From contig CAJFCJ010000014.1 in assembly GCA_904063045.1 (NCBI GenBank), positions 1,361,643-1,425,642 of the forward strand: a stretch of 64,000 nucleotides of DNA. The letters run 5' to 3'. This stretch comes from Dimorphilus gyrociliatus. Its lineage: Eukaryota; Animalia; Annelida. Both the position numbers and the translations under genes were made by a program. Below are positions 1 through 10,943 of the stretch, piece by piece (within the stretch, counting starts at the first letter, position 1; every line of letters starts with the position of its first letter). The notes below the pieces were generated by a model, which had not been told where the DNA came from, searched no databases, and worked only from the letters and a program-made list of their open reading frames with translations.

Positions 1-50
1 CCCTCTGACAATTGACCCAAAACAGAATGAGCATAGTTTTCGGCTGACAT
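1..50 (-). CDS. Possible start of a gene running off the left edge (MSAENYAHSVLGQLSEG...)
   Basis: ATG at 50 on the minus strand is open to the window edge. An upstream minus-strand donor (CAG|GTAACG near 262) and acceptor (near 154) suggest a 5'UTR intron. Only 16 codons are visible. Confidence 0.3.
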   Translation of the reverse strand, partial: MSAENYAHSVLGQLSE

Positions 51-389
51 AAATCGGTGGGGGTAAAATTGCTACAGTAACTTTCTCGTGGGAAAATGCA
101 ATTTAAACACGCTCCATCCGTTTTCCAAACACGACTCTCGGAGGAATCATTAACTAAGTGGGCACTACTTTTTTCCCTCTCTAAATAGTCTTTTAACAGC
201 TTTTCCTAATTATTAAACAATTATTTATTTATTTTTAAATTAAAATTAAATGACCCGTTACCTGTATACGATCAAACGCTTTTCACGTTAAGTTGACCTA
301 AGGTCCAGGCCACAAGCGGTTTTTTTTTGAGTATTTCAAATAAAAGGCCTTTGAAAATGTAAATGATTTAAGCCTATATCAACTCGACG

Positions 390-415
390 TCTATTGGTCG
401 GAAGTTGGCGCGTAG
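390..415. promoter_or_regulatory. GC-richer promoter patch with CCAAT box (ATTGG), ETS core (CGGAAGT) and E2F-like TTGGCGCG
   Basis: The sequence ctattggtcggaagttggcgcg packs three consensus sites between the putative left gene (-) and the RTK gene (+). Confidence 0.45.
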
Positions 416-944
416 ACCACGTAACCGGGTTATTCGGTACACACGTTAGGCCTCACTAGAAAGCAGTTCTGCTCAACGAGGAATTGTAGTGTTTACAGCT
501 TCGGAGTATACGAATTTAGCTTGAGTCTTTTTTTTTTTACTGAAGGCAGTTTTTTTAACTTCAACGCATTTTTTATTTGCTTCGGAAATTTCCTCCTTCC
601 ACGTAAGTATAAAGTGAAAAAGTTTAATATTTTAACCTAATACATCATATATATATGACTTGTTTGAATAAAATACGTGCTTAGTCTGCCTTTTAACGGC
701 TGCGTAGTCTAGGGTAAGGTTTTTTGAATAATAAATAAAACTAATAATAGAAAAGTGAAGCGACCTATAGATTTTTAAGTACCTTATTTAATCAGTTGTT
801 TTTTTTCTTGTCACGATCAACTATTGTATGATTGGTTTTGACTAGTTGTCTTTCACTCTTTATTTAATCAACGCAATTTTTCTAAGGGATAGAAAGTTTT
901 AATAATAATTTCAAAAAGTCTTTTGTCTTTCCTTCTCTCCCTAC

Positions 945-962
945 TTTCTCTCTCTCTCTCTC
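945..962 (+). repeat. (CT)n microsatellite / pyrimidine tract
   Basis: tctctctctctctctc run in the upstream region of the RTK gene. Confidence 0.7.
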
Positions 963-2568
963 CATCTTCATTCTTTATTTCTTTCAACTTAAACAACAAC
1001 TCACTACTAGGAAAAAAAGACTAGGTTTCTCTCGAGAGTGAGGCGGATGTAAAGTAATCACTTGGTCTACTCTTCGCCGTATGCTATGAATAGTGAGAGT
1101 TTTTTTTGGCTGTAAGATGTAAGAAAGAATTTCCTACAACCGGCTGCTGTGCGCCGTTTGGATAATTACAAGTAAAAGAATTTCCGCCAAACGAGTCGAA
1201 AATTAGGAACGACAGAGTTAAAAAAGAATTTTATCGCATAATTAACTTTAAACTATTTCCGGTTTCATGCCATTAAGACTTTCAATTTTATATTAGTAGT
1301 ATTAAAATTTTCAGAAGGATGTGGAGAAAAGGGTAGGCGAGATGCACAATAGTAAAATATATAAAGTACATTTTTAATACTGTATTAGAGAACTTACTAT
1401 GCTTATAAACGATATATATCTTATAAGTAGTATAAATATGTGTTTCTGTATATAATATACAGTTTATTTCTTTTTATTTTACAGTAAACAGAAGATCGGG
1501 TAGCGGTCCCGAAGAAGAGAAAGTATGCTAGTAATCCGCCAACAGCTTGTTCTATTCTCTCTTTTTGTACTACTATTCGACGAGTCGACCTGTAAAGTCG
1601 GTAAGAAATGTTTTTTAAATGCACATTCCATCGACGAATTACTTCAATGCAATCATTGTTATTATAACAAGACTATTGAAAAAAATCCTTTTCTTTGCAC
1701 GTTTTACTCTTATTATAAAAAGAGAAAAAAAGAACAAAGATTAGGTATCCTGGATATTTTTGTTCACCCTTGCAAGAAAAATAGTAGGCAAACCTTTACC
1801 TATGTCTGAGTGTACTCTATAGACATTCCGAATTTCGATGGATATATAGAACAGGGAGAGAGATTTTAAGCCTATTTTTCATTAATAATACTACTAACTT
1901 GGATTGTTTTCTATATTTATTTCTCTAATCAATTCTATTATTTTGAAATATTTTCCCTCTTAATCTTTCCCTCCCTCCCTCCCTCCTCCTATCATTACCT
2001 TTCCCCGAATGCTTCATCTTCGGTACATTCCGAAACTTCAAACAGATAAAAAGGAATGATTAAAAACAATAGGTCTTTGTAATCGGAAGCTTTGAAAGAT
2101 CAGCTAGAGAGAAGTGGACGCGTACGTAGCGGATCTCAGTCAGATAAGGCTATGGGCCTCTGTCAACACTTGACATCTTTTTTCGTCGTTATTCCTTTTT
2201 ATATTTTGTCAAGAGTTTAGAGGGGTCACTGCCTAGATTTATCACTTTATTGATAATATTAAGTGAATTATAAAGGAAGTACTAGAGTCTACTTGGGAAT
2301 AAGTCAAAAGTATAGAAAAAGTAACTTAGCGCCTGTCATATCGCTATTGGTGGATTACTACTCGAATTGGCAGCGATAAACTGATGTTACGTAAAGAATA
2401 CAATTAACACTGCGGCACAAAATTTGTTTAGGACAGGTACAAAATTTCCTTTTAGGCCCTTGTCGCACCTGCAGAGATAGAATAAAAAGCGTAATAGATA
2501 ACTAGTGTCTTCTTGTTGACTAGTAGAGCGGTGAAAAAGGGTCAAAAGTGTTTAATTCTTTACCGCAG

Positions 2569-5021
2569 CGGGATGTTTATTACTTGCCCCTCTCCTCTTG
2601 ACCATTAACGCCGTAGGTGGCGAAAATACAAGAGAGAGTTGAAAAGATACGCTATATAAATATATTAAAAGATATATTTCTTTTCAAATAGCTGACCGTC
2701 CAAGAGTTGAAATAAAAGGCGATCTCACTGTCAGAGAAGTATCTACTGGACAGAATATAACCTTCGAATGTATTGTACATGGCTTTGACAAACCAATGGT
2801 ATTTTGGAAAGAGCATCACGACCTTGAAAACATTCCATTATTAGATTCTGCACGAAAAATCCTGTCAAATAAAAACAAAACAATGACAGTTCTCAATGCA
2901 ATTGAAATTGACAAATATAGATGTTTTACCTGTACTGCCATGAATCATAACTTACAACTCACGAGTAAGAAGAATTGCATATTTGTACAAGACCATGAAG
3001 TTCATTGGAAAGAGAGTAAATCTCCAGATACTATCTCAAAGACAATTGTGGAAACTCTTGGATCAAACCTTACTTTAAACTGTCCATATACATACCTTGG
3101 AAAACAATCTGATATAAAGAGGTCATGGTTTTTTGGCGAAACTTTGCTTACGACAAAGAAGAAGTCCGGTAGATATGATTTTCCCCTGTCAATTATTAAA
3201 CAATTTCGTGCAAGATTCGAAAAGCCTTTCCGTAAACCCTTTGTTTATATTAAGAAGAAAACGATGTCAATAAACTCTGTTGATCAGTACTTTACGGGAA
3301 TATACAAATGCGAGGTAAAAAATAAGAGATCTAATAAGAAGCTGACGTACATCTACGATGTCCAGATCGTAGCACCCCATATGACATCTCCGGTATTTAC
3401 TCATGCAAGTCCAAACACAACGGTAAAGGTTGGTGGACGTTTTGTATTAACAGTAGATATATGGTCTGATGACCATCCTCTAGTTCGATGGTTTCACAAC
3501 CCAAAAACGGAAAATTTCGAAAAGGAGAAACCGTTCAAAATGAACGATATTAGCGATACAACTCCTCTAAAACATGTCGTGGAGAATGCAACGTTGAGTG
3601 ATACTGGAAGATACGTTGTTGTTGCTAGCAATAATATGGGTAGTCGGATGGTGGAGATGTTTGTTAAAGTTGAGAATTTAACAACACCTCGAGCTGTTAA
3701 AATTGAACAAAGCGTACAGATATCACGATATCCGTTCTATATTGTATTTATTGCTGGTGGAATTCTACTTATTTTTTCATTCGCTTTCGTTTGGTACTTT
3801 TTCCAACATAAGCGTGTTTACACTACAATGAAACAAATTGTAGTAATGAGACCCAATCACGTCTATCAGGTTACCGATGAATTTAACCGTAACCTAGTGA
3901 ACGATGTTGTTGTTTCATTACAACCTCTAACAAGGGCCCAGTGGATGAAAAGGAAAAAGAATGCCCTATATGGAACGTCAATAGCTCACATTCCAATTGA
4001 ACACGATTGGAAAGTTTCGTATAAGCGCCTCGAATTTTCTGAATTATTGGGAGAAGGTGCCTTTGGCCAAGTTTACAAAGCTAGCCTAAAGCCAAAAAAG
4101 AAAACATCGAAAGTCAATTCACGTTTCGTAGCCGTAAAGCAGCTAAAAGATGGCGCAAGCGATGAAGAAGTTATCGAATTGGTTAAAGAAATAGAGACCA
4201 TGAAATCTTTAGGCCATCATAAGAATGTTTTATCTTTTATTGGTCAAGTAACCGACGGTGGAAAGCTATTAATGGTTATGGAATATGCACCGTACGGAAA
4301 TCTTCAAGAATTTATGAGGAATCGCCGACCTCATTTAACTACTGAACAACCTGTTGAGCATTTCCCTTATCTATGTTACAGAGATTTAGTTACTTTTGCC
4401 AGAGACATTGCTTGTGCTATGACGTACTTAGAGAGTGTCGCTTGTCTACATAGGGATTTGGCAGCACGAAATGTTTTAGTATCTGATAAAATGGTGCTGA
4501 AAATCGCTGATTTTGGGATGTCGAGAAGATTAAATGAAGAAGACACTGAATTGAAGAACTATTATCGAGTGCATCCTGGCGGTCGAGTACCAGTTCGATG
4601 GATGCCGCCTGAAGTTCTTACAGAAGGCCGCTTTACTTTCAAAGCAGACGTGTGGTCGTATGGTGTAGTTTTATGGGAGATTGGAACACTGGGAGGTAAT
4701 CCTTTCTCCGACGTTGAGCCTTCTCAATTAGCGCACGAATTGCTTCGGGGTAGAACGCTGACCGCTTCTCCCTATGTTGCACCCTACTTGTGTCAGACAA
4801 TGTCCAATTTATTAAGTGATTGCCTTAATATAGACGAAAAAATGCGTCCGTGTTTCAGGGAACTTTTGCACAAAACTGATTACTTATTAGAAAGTTTAAA
4901 CGGCCATTCTGGATATATGAATGTTGATGGACCAATTCGTTCTCCTTCTCCAGATAGTCAGTGCTTTTCAGCTGGTACTCCTTCCCCACCTTACGATGAG
5001 ACGACAAACGCCTCTATTTAA
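2569..5021 (+). CDS. FGFR-like receptor tyrosine kinase (3 Ig-like domains, TM, TK); start-codon exon lies upstream and is unresolved
   Basis: Exon 2569-2616 encodes GCLLLAPLLLTINAV (signal peptide part). After intron 2617-2691, one exon 2692-5021 follows. Motifs: GEGAFG, VAVK, HRDLAARN, DFG, PVRWMPPE. FGFR-like stretches: IPIEHDWKV, HKNVLSFIG, EYAPYGNLQEFMRNRRP, NYY in the activation loop. TM: FYIVFIAGGILLIFSFAFVWYFF. Confidence 0.85.
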
Positions 5022-6913
5022 TAAAACATATGAAAAAATTATAAACTGCTGAACAAATTTTTGTTTTTCTTGGACTGATTGAACATTTAAAGGAAAACAA
5101 TTAAAAAACAAGGTGCTTCTTCTGTTTCGTCTCCTCCTCCCTTTTCCGCTTCTTATTATCATCTCAATTGTATAATAATTAACTTGTTCAATACCACAGA
5201 TGCATTTGAAAAAATTACTTTTTATTTTTTTGTTACGGATTTTTTATTATTCACTTTTTTTATTCTACATGTGTTCGTTTATCCTTTTTTTGCAAATATG
5301 TACATAAATGATGTAAATCTAGACTGTTCCGGTGTCGGACATATTGGAATTTTTTTTGTTCTATTTCTTTATTATTTTTCTCTTTTTTTTAAGTTTAAAC
5401 GAGTTAAAAAAGTTCAATTTAAATATAATTATAAAATTTCTAAGACTTATTTAACTTCTATTACCTTTAAGGAATGATGTATAAAGTGTTTTTTCTTCCG
5501 TAGGGTAAAATAACTGGTCTGACCTGAAATTTAATATGATATTCGATACCTTATTCAATTTTAAGGTTAATACCTTTATTTTTCGTTTTTATTATACTAT
5601 TAGACCGGATGCTGAATAGACTTTATATAAGGCAGGAAAGGAAGCGAGGCGAGGTAAGAGAACGAAGGTTTATTTAGAAATATCATGTTACTTATTATTT
5701 TTCTTTCAGTTTCTAACCTTTTTAAAGGTTCAAAAGTTTAATTTGACAGATAATATCCTATTTATTAGCTTCCAAATTATTGTTCGCTTGCGTGATTATC
5801 AGATAGCATCGTATCTGTACTCAAAATCTTAGTTCTAATAGAACTGGGAAAATGATTTTAAGTGCTAGGCGCAATTCACCTGCCATTTTTTTCTTTTCCT
5901 TTCGTTATCTTTTCCACTCATACACGAATCAGTTTACTATCAGAGCCGTCAATCAACAATTTAATTATATTAGAATAAAGAACAATGTAATTCTTGTTAC
6001 ATAAGATGCTGTAAACAGGGCATAGAATGGACTAGTCTTTTTATGATCTAGTTTTATGGAACAGAATCCTTTTACCGTCCATGATACTTTCAAAATTTTG
6101 TTTAGTGAAAGTTAACCCTTTCAGGTTGGATGTATTTTATACGAGATAAGCTTTATGAAGTGTCGTTTGTCAGTCCTTCATGTATTTTTTCATGTTATCG
6201 CTTGACTTTTCCATTCTATTCAGGATGATCTTTCTTGTTATTTATTTTACAGTAAATTTGTTGAATAAAAGAAAGTTTTTCTTTAATAATGTCAAACAGT
6301 CTAAATCATTAGCATAGCTGATTTAAATGGTCTTAATAAGAGGACGGCTTCTTCAATATATGAAAGAGACGAAGCTCAACTCAACTGCTCTTTGATTCTA
6401 ATTTTCAGAATTTCAGACTAATTAAGTTAATTGTTTTCTCAGCTTGTAAGATCCTTTCATTTAGACAATATATCATTAAATGCTTTTGAGGAGATTGTCT
6501 GAACAAATATTTTGTTTAGTCTTAGACATGTTTATAACTTTAAACACTATCCATTAAGTATTGACTAGAAATAAATTGACTAGTTCAAACGTTGGACTCT
6601 CAAGAACACCCTTTTATGACCGTAATTATCTATTAAATAAAATATAATTTTTTTGTAACAAGGTTCTGAGCCGTTGTATCGTTCTTCTCTTGAATCCTTT
6701 TAACATTCCCTCCTCGTTTCGTTGTCGTTTTAAATAATTTTCCCCAAAACATAAGTTAATGCTCTTTGATTTGGACAGTTTTATATTTAAAAAACATTGA
6801 AAAAGCTAAAAAATTTTATTATTAGGAGGTATATTATGAACAGTTTGATCGAGGAGAACAACTACAGAATGCAATGTTGTTTTATCTATACACAAATAAG
6901 CTCTTAGAGCGAA

Positions 6914-7505
6914 CTAATCATCGTCGATAGTTTCGGTGGCTACTTCAGTGTCGTCTACTAATTCGGAATCTTCATTAATTTTATTTGCTTCTTCCCCTTT
7001 ACTTTTCCGTTTTTCCTCTTTCTTTCTCTTTTGTTCTTCCTTATATACTATTAGGTAATTCAATTAGGCGGTGAAAAACTCTTTTTATATAAATGTAAGT
7101 AATTGTTAACAACCTTCTAAGTTGGATTTTAAAGGTTCTATAAACTGTTCCAAGTCCATTTCCGTAATAGCTTCAAAAACGTCTTGAGTGCTTATTGTTT
7201 TTCTTTTATTTTTCAAAGCATTATTATTGGCTCTAGAAAAATATTGATAATCAATTATAAATAAAGTCTTAGAATTCTAATACAAATACATACGTAGATG
7301 CTACATAGAGAACAAATACACTAGCTGCTTTTGCCATTGCAGATCTCGCATCTTTAGCCACAATAACACCGTCTGGTAGCTGTTGATTAGTGTTTATTAA
7401 AGGAAAATTTTCGATTTCTCTTATTTTTATACGACGTACCGCTTCTTTAATTATTCTAGCTATTATGGAATTGGGAAGGTTTAAATCTTCGGGTTTCTCT
7501 GCCAT
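6914..7505 (-). CDS. POLE3: DNA polymerase epsilon subunit 3 / CHRAC17 (histone fold)
   Basis: Four short exons join to [22 protein letters not shown]|[25 protein letters not shown]...|[35 protein letters not shown]...|acidic tail ending TIDDD* at 6914. Confidence 0.93.
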
Positions 7506-8101
7506 ATCTCTTAACTCGAAATCTAAGGCGTGAGCGATAAAGCATTAATTAGGTATTTATTATTTAAAGAAGCAAAAATTTCACCTAAATATTAGAATCG
7601 AAAATCTTGGTGGGGCTCTTGGAATTAATAGATCAATTTCTATTAAAGTGGATACTCTATATCAACCACAGCCCAACAGAATTCACGACGAGAAGATTCC
7701 CGCTAGTTTTTTATGCGCGTTTAAGAAATGAAAGGGTTAATCGTAAAAAATTGTAAAATATCATTAAACAATCGAAGAACGTTGATATAATTTTATTTAG
7801 AAAAATGTTATTTTTTAAATTATTAATACCAAATTTAGGACAAGAAACAAAACTACATTGATTTCTGAACTCTTTAACAAATAAACATAAAAAAACTTCA
7901 CAATACATACTTAATAAAGGTGTAACTCTCTTTCAGAAATTACAATTCTTTCTTCATTCACTATAATAATCTACTAAACAGTGCCCTTACAAAAAAGAAA
8001 ACTTTTATATCTTTTTGTTCTGCAGGTAAATCAATTCCAACTCATATATGTTGGAGGATTTAAACAGAATAATGAAATAGTTTTTTAGTCTTAAGAATTT
8101 T

Positions 8102-9318
8102 CTATACGTTGAATTTAGGATGCTCACGACTGTCTTTGCTTATTAGACTACATGGCGAGTTGGATCTTACTTGAAGTCCTTCCTCGACAAGGGCATCTCC
8201 TGTTAAATTATTTCATTAGAATAATGTATAAAATAGACGTATATATATATATTTATATGAGCATACCTATACTTGGGGCGATACTCGGTTCGGGAGATAT
8301 TGAGCACAGCGAGCCAACAGCAACCCTTTGAGAGAGAGATGGATTCGATGACCGCGTTTCAACAGTGTCTACAGTCACTGTTGTTGATGTTGCATCACTC
8401 ACATTAACAGTTTCACCGCTAGCTATAGATGTATTATCTCTCAATAAGTTTGGTCGATCTCTGCGAATGTTTGTAATTTGGCGATTACGATTGTTGGACA
8501 AGCGATTAGAAACCGCTTCTTCATAAGTAGGGGGCTGTCTGCCGTGGACTGAAGGGATATCGGCAAAAGCCATCAACGCCAATCTATCCAAATCAGTTTC
8601 GTAAGGTAGTCCATTTGAATAAGGATTGGAAGGTGTAGGTGGTTCAGATGGAATCGTACCCTCAGTAGGTCCGCACTGCTTGTGATATTTGAAGAAAACG
8701 CCTAATATGATTGCCACTAAAACAGTTAGTAATCCAAAAGCCACGGATACGATTATAGTTAATGATTGTCCAGTGAAAGTTTCCGGTATTCCTGCCGACG
8801 GTGTGGAGACTCGTTTCTGACATGTAGGAGGCACACTACTCCAACCCGAAGATGTGCATTTAAGATTAATATTACCATTTAATTCATAACCTGGATCACA
8901 TTCATAGGTAACTTGACTGCCAATACTATTTGGCTGACGTAAGCATTTAAGTTCACCATTTTCTTGAGTACAACTGAATTCCCAGTTTCCATTTTCAACT
9001 TCGGGAAGAGTTTCGCATTCAAATGTTCGTCTCCATGCATGGCAAAGGCGAACTTGATGGCTCTTGCCACACCAATTTATAGTTGTAGCTGTTAAATCCT
9101 CTGTATATCCTTCTGCACATCTCGTTTCCCATTTATTAGACTTCAAATATAGAGTTGTACCATCGTTGAAATTATATACCCCGACTTTATTACATTGAGC
9201 TATATTAAAATTTTATAAAATCATTCACTAAAATTGAAGGATTTTAATCAATTCTAAACTTACTTGATACTATTTCGAACAATACACATACAACCAATAG
9301 CTTATATAGGTTGGTCAT
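8102..9318 (-). CDS. Single-Sushi (CCP) type I membrane protein, SUSD4/SUSD6-like cytoplasmic tail
   Basis: Signal exon MTNLYKLLVVCVLFEIVS (ATG 9318) is followed by intron 9200-9263. Sushi domain CETLPEVENG...YECDPGYEL...CTSSGWSSVPPTC, then TM IIVSVAFGLLTVLVAIILGVFF, then LDRLALMAFA and PPTYEEAV (PPxY). A phase-compatible final exon 8102-8199 ends ...HPKFNV*. Confidence 0.75.
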
Positions 9319-10943
9319 TTTTCTTGCCTTATAGGCGTAGTTGCTAATTGTTCTCGTGTTTCTTGTTGATTTTTTGCGATGTTATATTCTAGCTGAATAT
9401 TCACGAAAAAATAACACGCTAGAATTTCTTTTAGGCAGATTATAGTGGTTTGATATTTAAAGGCAAATGTCTCACTGGTTGAAAGACTTAAATATGTTGC
9501 AGATGGCTACTTTCTGCGCAGAAAAACAATTCTTTCTACGTCCACCATATTTACTATCACGTGACAATCAGTTCTGTTTGTTTCTTACCCTAACCTGGTC
9601 CGTAGTGCGATTTTTAGCTGACATTTTGAAGCGGAACTCGAACTCAACTTTTTTTTTAATAAATGTAGCAATACTTATTTTGTTTATGATAGCATAAATA
9701 GTAAACAAAATACGACTTACAGTTGATAATAACGGAGGGAAGTTTAGTAAAAATGCTGAACTCATGAATCATCTTTCACTAAACCTGATTTCATTCTACA
9801 AAGTTAGAAATATTTGTCTTATGGCCTATTAATCTCTTTTTCCAAATGGCTAAGATAAAGTATATAGACTATAAAATTACCAAGAGCATTTTTGTTATCT
9901 AGGTTACCAATGAAGTACTTAACAATCTGACTTCATTATTTATGACAAGAAAACTTGGCAAAATATATATCTGAGTTGACGCTAACATCCTATTCTATAC
10001 AATATTATTAAAATACCTTTTTCTGTCCTAAATGTCGGCCCCCTTAGTGGATAATAAATACAAAGATATTGATTCTAAAGGGATATTATTATGCAGAAAT
10101 GTCTTATGGAAAAGTTGGAGTTTATTCTTTTTTTTAGTCTTTTTTCAAAATCTCCAAGGAATTTATGTTAGCACTTGTATATTCAAAGTAGTGATGAGGG
10201 AAATCACTATTTTTACCCATTGTAATTACCCCTATTGGTACTTTTCTTCATGGTCAATGCGTTTAAAAGAGTAAATACCGGGCTCTAGCTCCATCCAGGG
10301 TAAACTTAATTGTACGTTACATAATACCGTACCATACTAATTAAGACACAATTTTGAAAACTGTTTGTTTTTAACGCGGGTGAAGTTGAGCACTGTTTTA
10401 AAGTTTGTTTAATTCTTACTAGACTTAAAATGACTTGACTAATAAGTATATATCCTATAAGGATAGCGTCGGCGATATTTTCTACATTTTAAGTATTTAT
10501 TAAAAAGCCTTATTTCAGTATATAATTGAGCGATAATTTAATTAGATTATTTTAAAGAATCACGCGTTGAAACTTTCCACTTAAAAGTTTTTTAACACGT
10601 TTTAAGCTTTTTTATCCAGAGATTTTAATAAAATTTTATATTTTTTTATCGAAATTCCATTATTTATGTATCTTAAAAAGTGATTATAACAACGTTTAAT
10701 GAATCTTACGTAAGTCGCGTGCTAACAGACTATCTGGGGCAAATTTCTCCCCAAGTAACGTGTTGCTCAATAAAGTTTTACTAAGATAAAATAAACAAGT
10801 TAACCTTTTCAAAAAATTTTGTACTTTCTATAGATATTTGCTCCTATTTAGTAGTTCACGTTTTCTAAAAGGATATAAGAATATATCGCTTAGTATTTAT
10901 TGATTATCACTAAATGATTGATGTAATTTTACACTTTCAGAAC

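Noticed and set aside
1421-1809. Two overlapping short ORFs (67 aa and 94 aa)
   Set aside because: They have no recognisable motifs, an AT-rich low-complexity composition, and lie in the probable 5' intron/UTR of the RTK.
2152-2220. 22-aa hydrophobic ORF MGLCQHLTSFFVVIPFYILSRV as the RTK first exon
   Set aside because: Its only plausible donor (AGA|gtttag) is phase 0, while the downstream exons need phase 1. At most it is a uORF.
5200-6900. 1.7-kb gap between the RTK and POLE3 3' ends as a host for ncRNA or a hidden gene
   Set aside because: I recognised no miRNA, snoRNA or tRNA sequence and no coherent exon chain by eye. An Infernal/Rfam scan would be needed to exclude one.
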